Positions 51,725 to 64,000 of a stretch of 64,000 bases of DNA are shown piece after piece. This stretch comes from Eledone cirrhosa (taxonomy: Eukaryota). The stretch is from positions 243,722,001 through 243,786,000 of the forward strand of contig OZ024742.1 of the NCBI GenBank assembly GCA_964016885.1, in the 5' to 3' direction. Each line of letters starts with the position of its first letter. The first letter of the stretch is position 1. A program made the position numbers and the translations under genes. The notes below the pieces were generated by a model. The model worked only from the letters and a program-made list of their open reading frames with translations. It ran no database searches and was not told the origin of the DNA.

Positions 51725-54700
51725 GGCCTCAGCCGGATGGCTGAAACAGGTAAAAGGGTAAAAGAGTATATATATATATGCACACATACACTGTCAGTGT
51801 TAGAAATTTAACAATCTTGCTTACAATGAGTTTTTAACATTAACTGTATATAACATAGTTAAATAAACACTAATCATTTTTTAAAACTAGATTTCTTCTC
51901 TGCATTCATTGCTCCTTATTCAAAATCACTAATTACATATTAACATATTGAAACTGTAGAATATATGCACTCATTCTCCCAATGTCTTTTTTTCCACATT
52001 CCTGGAATAATATGAATCTGTAGCATTTTCTTCTTAGATAAGGTTAGAAGGGTGAGAGTAAAATAAATAATTGGAAATACTAATTTAGGAATGGATAAGA
52101 AGAGATGAGTTAAATGGAATTAAGTAAAATAATAGAAATGATGAGATTTTTAAATCTTAAAAAACCTTATGAGAAACAGATTTTTACCTTCAACATTTCA
52201 TTATTAGTTTCTTTGTTTTTCTTTTCTTTTCATTCTATTTCTCTGACAGCTCCTGCTGTTTAACTCCATACTTCCATTTCTCTAAATGCCTTTGGCAATA
52301 TTGAAAAGAAAATCTTGACTTGGTAACTCAGCCTCTCTACACACTATCTAAGCTTGCGTTCTGAAGAGAATAGACTATTTCTGCAGTAGTCTGATCGCTA
52401 TCTTCATTGTCTTTTAAGATGGAAAAATGCTGATGTATTGATTTTCTATTAGCAAGGTAAAACATAACAGCAATAACAATAATAAAATATTCATTAAAAG
52501 TTTTTCAAAAAAATAAAATAAAACAAAAAAACTTCATGAAGTATATACAATTGTTTGATTTTTATTGCTCTTGTAGATTATCATTTTATCAATTTTTGCA
52601 AACAAAAGGAAAATCAGCAAGTGCCTGTGTGTCAGAGGAAAATGGAAGAAATTTTGGACAAATTTTATTCCATTCTTGTGTATCTAAAGATTCATTGGCT
52701 TTTCTTAAAAATAACAATATTCTTGTGGGTTTCTTTTTCTGTTTAAGTTAAAGAAAAAACAGCAAAAATCAAACTAAAGCAACTGTAATTCTTTCAGCTA
52801 TCATTTGTGTGGCACATCTACAAATATACATATTTACATACATCTATAGAATTTAGGAAAGCAGAATAAGATATTCATGATATTCTCCACAGTATTAAAA
52901 AGGATATCAAAATGTGCATCTACAGATGATGGAAAAATATATTATATAACTAACTAGATTTGAACCTTCACTTTATGTTTTATATTGAAGATTAGTGCAG
53001 ATGACTGGAGAAAAAATCCTTTTCTTACAGAATACTAAACTCTAACCGAATTTGAACATTCATTCCTTTCATCATCATCAATTTTATGTCCACTTTTTTC
53101 ATGCTGGCATGAGTTGGACAAAACTTCTTGAGGTAGTATTCTATGGCTGGATACCCTTCTTGATACCATTCCTTACTTGTTTTTAAGTTAGGTATTTATT
53201 CTAATGGCTTTCACATGTTGGACCACTGAGCTGTGGAACATTGTTTCATCATCATCTTCATCACTGTTTAATGTCTATTTTCCATGCATGCATGGCTGTC
53301 ACATGCTGTGGTCAGGTAACAATGTCTTGCTTGTATACTCTGTTTTTGGCTTGGTTTCCACAGCTGGATGCCCTTCCTGATGGTAACTACTTTACAGCAT
53401 GTACTGGGAGCATTTTATCATGACTGTGGCACTACCACCTTATAGGGGAAACAAAGATCACTAACTATCCAAGTGGTATCAATGTGAAGATGTGGAGAGA
53501 CAAACACTCACACACACACACACACACATGATGGACTTATGTATAGTTGCTATCTATCAGATTCACTTATATGTCATTGGTCAGCCTGTGGTTATGGTAG
53601 AAAGCACTTGACCAAGGTGTGATCAAACCTGAAATCACATTTCTGTGAAGTGGACTTCATAATCACATAACCATACTTATGCAGATAGTGAACAATAGGC
53701 AATTACTTCTAATCACCCCTACAAACAAAATGAACTATTCTATTAGTTAGAAAGCAGTAAGAGAGGGAAATTGACATGGCATGTGAATGATACAGAAATA
53801 CTATATTAAAAATCTGTAACCAAGTCAGAGGCTCATTTTGGTGGGTGTTTTCTTCTCCTATACAGTAATCACTACTGAAATTTATGATTAATAGTCATAC
53901 TGTAGTTGGATATCCACCGACTGGTTTCAATTCATCTATGCATTAATGTCAATTACTGCACCTAATGTTTTATATTTTTTTTTAACTGTAAAATTTCATA
54001 TTTTTTATAGAATGTTATTAATTATATTTCACTACACAGCATATGATGTAATTATTCATCATCATCATCGTCGTTTTTACATCGACTTTTCCATGCTGGT
54101 GTGGGTTGGACAATATCTTTTGAGGCATTGCGTTACAGCTGAATGCCATTCCTGACACCAACCCTTTTATCACATGGAGGTATACGGTGTACCTATTCTA
54201 AGCTGGATATACATATTGTACATAAACATCCACTAGTTAAAGGAAGCATATGATAAAATATGGGACTCTTAGAATTTGATAATACTTATAGTTTGCTTGA
54301 TATTTTCATTTGAAAATTTTTTTCTGCAATTATTCTCAATAATTGGTTCATTTTCTCATATTTTAACTATGACAAAAATGTTGAAAAAATAGGTTCAATA
54401 TAATCAGTCATTTAAAATATTATTGTTTGTAATCTCTACATTACTATAAAGGAGTGTTGGTTTAATTTAAGTTCACTTTTATTTATGTCTTCCTGTTTAT
54501 GAGATACACCATGAACTTTCTTGTTTTATTGAGGATGTCCTCAAATTACAAATCACCTTCAGCCTCAGTCTCTGTCTGACTCAGTGGATAAAATTTCATT
54601 TTACTACACCCTACACACATACAAAGGTCAGGTCATTTAAATGAAATCTTAGCTGGCTTGAGCTTTTTGTTTTTGATTTTTTTTAGTCAAGCACTTATTG

Positions 54701-57700
54701 TAAGTTTCCTATGGACATAAACTTAAATCAGTACTTTGATTTTGTTATGTTTAGGTGACAGTTTGTTTGCTTTTCAAACATGAGGTTTTCTTAACTTTTT
54801 TACATCCTGTAATGATTTAGCAGAAAATATCTAAAAACAGGTTTGTCAATTCAAATGTTTATAGTATTTTTACTTGTGGACAAGAAATTATAGGAAAACG
54901 TTGCAGTGAGGGGTAATGACTTTAATTTTTAATGCAATGCACTCATAGTGCTGTTTTCTACTTCTCAAGAATGTCATGTGGTACAGGACATTAAGAGTTA
55001 ATTAATAGCTGTAGTTGCTGATTTTATTAGAGTTACACTGTACATTTTTTATTCATATTTTAATATGTATATGACTTTCATATTTATATGTATTATTCTA
55101 TCTCATGCTTGATAATTGCCACAGCTGTGTCTTAATATACAACAATAAATAGAATATTTAGAGTATTCTTTTCATTGTTTATGTGGGTGCACACACACAC
55201 ACATACATATATACCCCTTTGCGTTCCCACTCAGGCCAGGATTGTTATTAGGGGTCTCCTCTGTTATTATTTTTATCGTTCATATTTTCTCATCTCCCAC
55301 CTTTAACTACATTCCCCCCACTTTTAACAATGTATATATGTGTACACACATACACACACATACAAGCTGTGGTTGTATTTCCATGTATCTTCACCTTCAC
55401 ACTACTTAGGTAGCTAGTGATGTTTGTTTCTCTCCTGCTGAGCTCAGCATTTTGACAGATGAAGATGAGTTAAATAAATACAGTTCTTAAAAACAAATGA
55501 GTGTTGGCATTAAGAAGGGCATCTGGCATATAAAATAATGTCCAAAATGTCTTGTCTAATCCATGCCAGCAATCAAAAGCAAGGATGATGGTGATAATAT
55601 TAAAAAGGTTTTTGAGAAGATGACAATCTCAACTTCAAAACATTTTGAAGACTACATTAATATGAGCTCAAGTTGTTGATTACTAATTTCTATTGTTGCC
55701 ACAAAGTAAATATAAATGAAAATAGGTTGTTTCAGTGAAAATGGATAGAATGAGAAAAAGGTGTAGCAAACTGTCAAATTCAGCCTGAAGGCAGTTGCAT
55801 ATTAAGCACAGAATTTAGCTAAGAGCTGTTTCTATCAAATGTATGAAGGAAAAGAGAAGTCTGAATGTATTTTAAAAGGAACAAACTATGATTGCAATAT
55901 TCTAGTTATTTACAGGTTTAAGAGTAATTTTGATGAGAAATTAATCAAATAAGACAAGAGTGTTCAATAATGTGAATGCATTCCTCATATTACTTGCTTA
56001 AAATGAGATGATGCATGTGTGCCCATTGCTCACGTTAAAACTATGCAAGAAAATTATAACAAAAATAAGAAAACAACATTTCAATAATTGTATCAGCAGT
56101 TAGGGAAATGTAGAGAAAAATTGTTTAATAAGGAAAGATTGATATATGTATATGATGTTGATGTAACATTTCTTGAAAGGTATTTTTTAATTATTATATT
56201 TTAGTTTTATTTAATGAAGCAAAATAAATAAAATGAATAGATAAAATAAAACACCTCAGCTAAGAGATGGAATCTGATCTCTTTTGAGAAGATAAATTAT
56301 TAATAATAATAATATTTATAATACAATTAATTTGTTCCAATTTATGAAGAAAAAATCACTTTTGTGTTAAACATTCATATGTATGTATAGTAATGGAATG
56401 ATAAAAGTAATTAATAAATTATCTTGGAGACTTGCTCAGTACTATCTATTTATGGAGAATAGGCAGAAGAAATTTAGAAAATTTCTGGTGTGCTTCAGGT
56501 TTTTCTCTATTTTTTGAAGTGTTGACTAGAACTGTTATAAAGATTTCATGTACTGATGGTCAAATGGTTACAGCCTAGAGTTGAAGGGACTCTTCAGTCA
56601 TGTTTAGGACATGACAAGTTTCTAGTGTTTGTACTATGATTAAATGCACCCAATAATGACACTGTAAAAGAAAGACATTCAGCCATAGAAACCATGTCAT
56701 AACATATAAGCAAGATGTGGTGCCCAGACCCATCTAAGAGGACAATAACTTTAAATAAGAACTGTCTTATGCCATAATGACCTGCTCAACCCATGCCAAC
56801 ATGAAAAATGAACATAAAGGATAATATTGAGGATAATAACACAAAAGAGCAAGAGAGTTAGTTGTTGAGTGTTACTCTAGTCAGTTCTGTTCATGTAGAT
56901 CTCTTGCAATATGTATGTCCCTCTAAACTTTCTTGGTGCCATACTATCTTAGGATTTGGGATGTAAACATGTGATTCCTTTTTTTAAAAGTTGATTAGAA
57001 TTTTTTTTCTATTTTAATGTTTAGTTAGGAAATCAAGGACCTGGCCATGCCTTCCACTCCTTTTTTTCAGACAGGTATGGGAAGTCATTCTCAAATGAGA
57101 AACCTGGTTCAAATGTTTGCAACAGTGTAAACTCTGGCACCACAAAACCAGTCATGAATTAAGTCTACCACTTTTTGGTTGGAAAATTGTCATGTTGAGA
57201 GATTGCATAGAAGCATTCTTTTTGACATTAACATTGTAATATATGAATGTAAATGTTTTCTAGTCTCCAAGCCAATGCTTAGCTCTAATTCTATTATGCT
57301 AAATGGATGAAAGATAAATCTCTACCTAGATAGAATGTTAATCTATCCAAAGGAAGCATCCTCTGATGATCTGATATCTTTTCCTAATTGCAAGATAATT
57401 GAGGCAATGTACAATTAAATGTTTTAACTAAATGCACAACTAAATTGCAGTAGATTTGGACTGAAGCCTCAGCAATTCTACCATAAAAATTAATTTCTAC
57501 TAAGGGACTTTTGGTATTAAGAAGGACACCCAGTTGTAGAAACTTTGCCAAAACACGAACATTTGTAAATGAGATGTGGCTCTTGTCCTGTCTAAGAAGA
57601 ACAGTATTTCTGATGAAATATTGACTTGGTCTGCAATGATCTCACCAACCCATGCCAGCATAGAAAAACAGAAGTTAAATGTTGTTGAATATTGTTGAAA

Positions 57701-58019
57701 GGGTGGGGATTTTCAGTTGTTTAGGAACTATCTATTTTTATTTTTAAAGAGCTATCGTCACTATGATGTGGTGTTTTAACTTCGAATCAAAAACTGGGAG
57801 TCTCCTCTATCTCTATCATTTAAGTATTTAGAATTGGTTACAAGCCAAGTGAAATCTTAATTTCTTAATTATCAAAGTTAGCACCAAATGATAACATTAC
57901 CCCTACAAAATTGTTTGTTTTAAAGTGTTTATGTTTTTCTAAAACCTTTCCATCATAATTCTGTCGAAGAAACTTTTGCTAAGTTATATTCCAAACGCCA
58001 GCTGCTTACTGAGAAAGTT

Positions 58020-58250
58020 TGTTGTTGTTCTTATTCTTCTTGCCTCCCTCTCCTCCTGGGAGGGTCGTGGGGGAAGTCCTTAAGCATGCCTTCCAGCAGG
58101 TCCTGTCAGAAGCAACCGGCTACAATTAATCTAGCTAGATCTCAAAGCAAGAATAACTGAGCTCATGGATGTTATCCAACCATCTTGCTTGGGGTCTACC
58201 CCTTGGTCGCCTTGCCAATTGGTCTTGCCTGTAAAAAATCTGTCCAGTTA
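58020..58250 (-). pseudogene. Old RTE 3'-end fragment
   Basis: Minus strand encodes RRPRGRPQARWLD...DRTCWK, then a (AAG/AAC)n tail. Confidence 0.7.
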
Positions 58251-60121
58251 TATTACTAAATCTCTCTATTTTTTTAATTATTTTCAAAATTATTTGTAAA
58301 TCATAGACACTAATCTTACATTAGAAATATGGTCACAAAGTATTTAAACTATAAAGCAGATAGAGCAGTGTTAGTAACGTTTAATTTTTTAAAACAGATT
58401 ATGAGCCTGAAATACTATAAGAAGTGTTTTAGGTGGTTCTTTCTTCAATCTGTAACTGCCATGTCTCACTTTATATCTATTAATGAAAACATGCCTTGTC
58501 TTATATATGAAATTCAAAAGCTAACAAATAAAAGAATGAAAATCTAAAGATTAAATCCTGTATACAAACTACTAAGTAGGTTGTAATAATATTTTCTGAA
58601 AAGGAACCAATTGTGTATGTTCATGAGAATGAGGTTAGGAAGTATTTGAGGTATGAATAATTAACAATACTTATAGCAATAATAGAGTAAGTTCAAAAAC
58701 AAAGATTTTTAAGTTGTTAAAATGAAACAGTTGTTAAAATGAAACAAGAGAAGTTAATAAAAGAATAATTAATCTGGAAAAAATATGTCAGATGATAAAA
58801 GAGGGTTCATTTGTAGCTTCATATGAAATTTGTATAGGTTTCAAAGGTTGTATGGACAAAACATATCTTTCTGATTATTCCATTATTGATGGAGTTAGTC
58901 CTAGAAAAATAATCCACTATTAGAATGTTAAGAATTTTTCCTGAATCATAAGAATAATTACACAGACCCCCCCCCCCCCCCCAAAAAAAAAAAACAAACA
59001 AACATGTATTTTTCTTAAGACATTTAAAAGAGTAAAAATGTTCTTTGTTTTGCAATTCCAACAGAAATCCTATTTTGTTCCTACTTTTCTTGAGGCTATT
59101 TGGTGCTTTTTACATTTTTTTTTATCTTCCACTTTCTACTATTCGAATTTTGCTTGGTTTGTCTGTTAGTTACGTGCATGAGAGATTGTGATTATTTTAG
59201 CTTAAAGTAGATATTAGGTGATGTATGGATTTATTGAAGAAATAATATTCTGATTAACAGTATTGTTATATAATGTTTAGGTACAATAAATTTAAATTGT
59301 AAAACAATTAATTATTCAAAGCTTCACTTTATATAACTAATAATTTGAAGAGATTTTTTCAGTAATAATTGATCAAGAGAAATTATATGTGATTATGTAA
59401 GTGTGCACATTAGCATAAGCATGTGTATCTTTGCAATAACACTGGGTCATGCTCCAGTGATTTATGTGCATCGTTTTATTTTGAATTTAGAATAATTTAA
59501 AATTTCAAAAGTTTTAAAATAACAAATAAAATTTTTTACCAGGAAAAAAAAACTGTTTATAATGAAAGAAACCCTAAATTCAATTAATAAACTTTAGTTC
59601 CAAGAAAGAATTAAGATAAATAGATAGATGCGCTTCTGTTGATTTCAATGATGAATCTTCCAGTTATTTGTTCAGCAGAATGGACTTCTTGTTCAATTAA
59701 CATCCAAGTGGTTGAGTATTCCACAAAACACGTCATCAGAGTAATTGTCTGTGAGATTCAGCATGATTCAGTGACAAGACTGGCCTTTTGAATTATAGTC
59801 ATGGACTTCAAATCAGTTGTCTACCTAATTCCACTCATATAGCTTGGGTTGACCTAGGTTATGGTAAAAGACATTTGTCAAAGATGCCATGTTGTGGGAT
59901 CAAACTTGGAATTTCATGATTGCAAAACAAACTTCCTAACCACTAGGCCATGCCTATACACCAGAAAAGGATTACAAAACGCACACACACAGAAAATAAA
60001 GGCAATTGTGAGAACAGAATTGTAAGAAGGATATGGAAAACATTATAGCTGGAGTTGATGAAAAAGAAAAAGGTGCAGGCACAGTTTTAGTCAACTCATT
60101 TTCTTGTATTTCAAACATTAA

Positions 60122-60338
60122 CCTTTTAGCATTTAAACTGGCTGTATTTGGTCAGAATTCTCTCATCCCTTTCTATTCAATCCAGCCATAACCGGTTGTT
60201 CATACTTATGTTAAAGTATTGTTCTCAAAATAATATCAAAATCTCGTAGATTTGATATTATGTGGGATAATTATGCGAGATAAAGCTTTTACTGTGAAAA
60301 TACAATAGTAAATATAGAGTAATGTAAATGCTAAAGGG
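60122..60338. mobile_element. piggyBac-like (TTAA) MITE
   Basis: TTAA-CCTTTTAGCATTTA ... TAAATGCTAAAGGG-TTAA; partial copy at ~49555-49735. Confidence 0.8.
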
Positions 60339-61094
60339 TTAAGGATGTTTTTTGAATTTAATGAGAGGAATCAGTTTGTTGTAAGCTCTTTGTTCTGAAT
60401 GCTGGAAAGAATGCTATAGCTAGTTTTCAAACATTGATGTAATGCTAGTTTAAAACTTTAGATCTCAATTGACTAGTTAGTAGTTTCCAACTTTTAATAT
60501 ATATCAATTAACAACTTTTTTCTACCTAGGTCCATGCAAGAATAGTGCTTTTGTTTGACACAATCTTCTTAGTTCTGATTTGATTAACCAAATTATCTGA
60601 AACTGCCTTGCATTTATGATTTAAAAAAAACTACCCATTTTAAGTTGTTTTATTTATATTAAATCCTTCCAAATATTTTATTATTTTCTAAATTAATTGA
60701 GAAGCACAGTCAGTGTATTTCATTAGAAATATGGTAACAAAAATGTTAAATAACTTTATATATAGCTTGGATACTACAGGTTTTGGTCGAGCCTTTTCTG
60801 TGTAAAGTTTACAGAGAATAACAGAAACAGGCTTCTCATATTTAGCAACAGAAATGTTGAACAACATTTATAAGATTATTGGGCAGCTGCCATGATAATT
60901 TCAGGATTTCCCAATTTGGTCATTTTCCAGAAGACAGCACTTAGGTCATCAGTGATACTAGTATTTTTTTTCTCCCTCTTTACCAAGGATTAGATGACAG
61001 AATGGGTGTGTCATAATTTGAACTTTTAAAACAGGATGGAAGTGCTGTGGGATTCATGTTTCTTTGAGACTGTCTCTAGCCCCTTTCCATATTG

Positions 61095-61177
<83 letters not shown>

Positions 61178-61178
61178 G

Positions 61179-61219
<41 letters not shown>

Positions 61220-61363
61220 ATATATATATATATTGCATATATATATGTATAAATATATGCCATATTGCATACATATATATATTTTGCATGTATATATATA
61301 TTGCATATATATATATATATTGCATATATATATATATATTTTGAAATATATATATATATACTG

Positions 61364-61429
<66 letters not shown>

Positions 61430-61486
61430 TAGTAATAATAATAAATTTGAAGACTAAAATCCAAAGTCGGCTCGATAAGGATAAAT

Positions 61487-61539
61487 GAGTTTCAGAAGAT
61501 CCCGTTAAGGGTGAAAGCAGCGATTTTTTGCTTAAACTT
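61487..61539 (+). ncRNA. Type I hammerhead fold with U4A core substitution
   Basis: GAGTTT-CAGAAGA-TCCC-GTTAA-GGGT-GAAA-GCAG..TTGC-TT-AAACTT, then AATAAA; lies between AT microsatellites. Confidence 0.55.
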
Positions 61540-61591
61540 TAATCTGTTATTTTAATAAATATATATAATATATATATATTTTGCATATATA

Positions 61592-61780
61592 TCATTATCT
61601 ATAAAAGGCAGATTGTTGTTGTGTGTGTGTGTGCATGTTCCATGTTTATACATTTGCACAGTTTCAAACCAATTCGACTCAATGTCTGTAAGAATGTTGC
61701 AAATGGTCCAACTTAGGTCAACGACTATTTCTTTCTTTCAAACTCACCCACAATTACGGAAATAATCTATAAAACTAAAT
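61592..61780 (+). mobile_element. Possible non-autonomous Helitron-like 5' end
   Basis: ATC..TATAAAAGG start, (GT)n block, then CAGTTTCAAACCAATTCGAC; no clear 3' hairpin-CTRR found. Confidence 0.3.
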
Positions 61781-62677
61781 ACATGACGCTTTACCCCTCT
61801 AATACAATCTGAATTCCTCTCTCTACTCCCCTTAAAATTCGATAAAACTACATACATGCTGCAACTTTCTCTTATATACGCTTAAACTTACAAACTTCCT
61901 TTAGGAACTTCGAAGAAGAGAGTGTGAGAGAGAGAGAGAAAGAACGTTTGTTTTTGAGTCGAAACAACAATTAAAAAAGCAACAGATAAATTTATTCAAC
62001 AACAAAAAATACACTATTTAATTTACTTATTAAAGAATTTGCAAGGGTTTACTAAAGTTATTAATTATTTCATTATTAAAGTGGTATTTGGACTTATCAG
62101 AAATAAAATTATGTTGAGTGGTTTTAATTTAAATAGAAAACCTTTAAAATGGGTGGTTTTGTTTCACAAAATCAGAGGATGGTTGGTGTCAAGAGGGTTA
62201 GGTAAGAATAATTTTATGGAGAGTACACAAAGATTTGGTACATAATGCAATTTTTGTACTTATTGTGTCCACAGTGTAATTTACTGTTGAAAAACTGTAA
62301 ACAGCAATAATTCTGTTTCCCCGATACATGTTTTGGTAATATATGTATGTAATACAAGTAGTTTGTATTCATAATGATTTTTTAAAATCCATACTCGCTA
62401 TTTTGTGTCATCTATATTGGAATTCATATTTATTAAAAGTACTATTAACATTTCACTGATCTAGAAACATTGACACTCAATGTTACAATTAACTGATAAT
62501 ATTTTAGAAGGTTTCTTTTATTTGGTTCACCTTGATGTGTCAATAGAGTTTGTATGTTAATCATAGCTTAAGCTTCACAGTGACTTTACTATGAATTTCC
62601 TGTAGCAACAATTCTTTAGCTTTGGTTATATGAATAAACTTTACCAATTTATATTTTATTATTATCATACTGGTTTA

Positions 62678-62866
62678 GTGAATTGGCAGTATCGGTAGAG
62701 GGTCGGACGCCATGCTTTGACGCATAGAGTTACGGCCCTTGCCATTCTGAGTTCAAATCCCGCCGAGGTTAACTTTGCCTTTCATCCTTACGGGGTCGAT
62801 AAAATAAAGTACCAGTAATACACTGGGAAATTGCTGGCCTTGTGCCAAAAGTAGAAACAATTATTA
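62678..62866 (+). mobile_element. SINE family C, full length
   Basis: A-box TGGCAGTATCGG, B-box GAGTTCAAATCC, body CTTTCATCCTTACGGGGTCGATAAAATAAAGTACCAG. Confidence 0.85.
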
Positions 62867-64000
62867 TCATACTGGTTACAGTCATTGAACTACAACCATG
62901 CTGGAGTAATGTTTTCAGTGGGGTTTAGTCGAACCATAAGCCCAGACTCTTCCTAAATCTGATGTTTTCTAACCACAGATTTTGGTTAATATTTTAACTC
63001 CCACCTCCATCTATATTAGGATGAAGGGCAAAGTTGACAGTTAGGATTTGATCCCAGAATGTAAAAGGATATAAGGATATAAGGATATATCCTTTGCACC
63101 ATTTTCTATTATGTTTGCTCTCATGTTTTAGATTTGAACTTATTACCTCTTTCTAAAGTTTCAGTTCAACAATGTTCTTCACAAAATCAATGCTACTATC
63201 ACAAAGGAACTTTAGATTTGTCTATAGTCATTTAAAATTGCATACGTTTGCAAATTATAGAAATCTTTGTCCTTCAATTTTCTTTTTATTTCTTAAAATT
63301 TTCCTCCTCAATCTCAACAGTTTCCTTGTTATTAGTCACATGAATGGCCAAATTACCAGAAGAACCATTATTTAGAATAGTCTGTTTTATTTATTCTTCT
63401 CTATAGTTCTCTTTAGTTTTTTTTTATGGTAATGGCTAATCTTTTCTTTTATGGTACTAAACAGGGAAAATATATTATTTATAACAATTGATTTGGATAT
63501 AAAATTCAAATAAAAATTCTAGAATCTTTCCTACTTAGTACTATACCAGAACAGATTAGTTATATGGTCTTCAGATATCTTTAGCAGAATCCACTTAGTT
63601 GCAAGCATTCTAGCCAGATCTACTGAATGAAGATAACTTCAGGCTTATGAGCACTGCTCTGCCTCGTCTGGCTGAGTCAATATTTTAAAATGAAAAGCAA
63701 GCAAATACGAGACAAAAAGAGAAAGATTGGCAGTTTGCAGAAATTGTTTTCTACAGGGTAGGACAAATACAACTCAGTAACTTGCTTGCTTGTGTGTTGA
63801 TACATTTTTCTATCACCAATATTTAGATAAGTAAAAATGTTGTAGCTCTCATAACAATTGCCAATTTTTATTGATCTCTCTAACACACTTTTCATTAAAG
63901 CTATATGCTGGCAATAATTCAAAGTCATTATTTCTAGATTGTACTTGTAATTCATAAATTGGGTTTTGCAGCCAAAAATTGTTTTGCTGTTCAACAGATG

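Noticed and set aside
51724-51768. Short hairpin CAGCC-GGAT-GGCTG-AAAC inside (TA)n
   Set aside because: Too short to classify; probably the extreme 3' end of a retroposon
52250-52322. Possible internal exon (pyrimidine tract-CAG ... TTG|GTAACT)
   Set aside because: Weak donor and no recognisable coding signal; expected by chance in AT-rich DNA
63677-63994. 105-aa minus-strand ORF at the window end
   Set aside because: No recognisable motifs; may be decayed TE sequence

Overview
AT-rich, microsatellite-dense eukaryotic DNA with no intact host protein-coding gene. The SINE/RTE repertoire and (TA)n/(TATG)n load resemble an Octopus genome; this is inferred, not proven. Mobile elements include 5'-truncated RTE-clade LINEs whose RT carries an inserted PHD-type (C4HC3) finger, several tRNA-headed SINE families, two internally deleted DD37D (maT) elements, a mariner relic with ~100-bp TIRs, small MITEs and an inverted Penelope GIY-YIG remnant. 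One SINE family shares its 3' end with the RTE. A probable promoter/first non-coding exon lies near 30.9-31.4 kb (+). The most striking signal is a set of small non-coding elements in (TA)n tracts that carry type I hammerhead ribozyme (HHR) folds. The best is a 538-nt unit at 47093-47724 with an intact HHR core and a terminal redundancy that starts ~7 nt after the predicted cleavage site, as expected for a retrozyme or circular-RNA-derived insertion. Further complete or degenerate HHRs sit at 13222, 20460, 44661 and 61487. A family of fold-back hairpins shares a GACCA..TACTC..AGAGT leader and turns around at or inside the HHR core. All folds were read by eye and need computational and biochemical confirmation.
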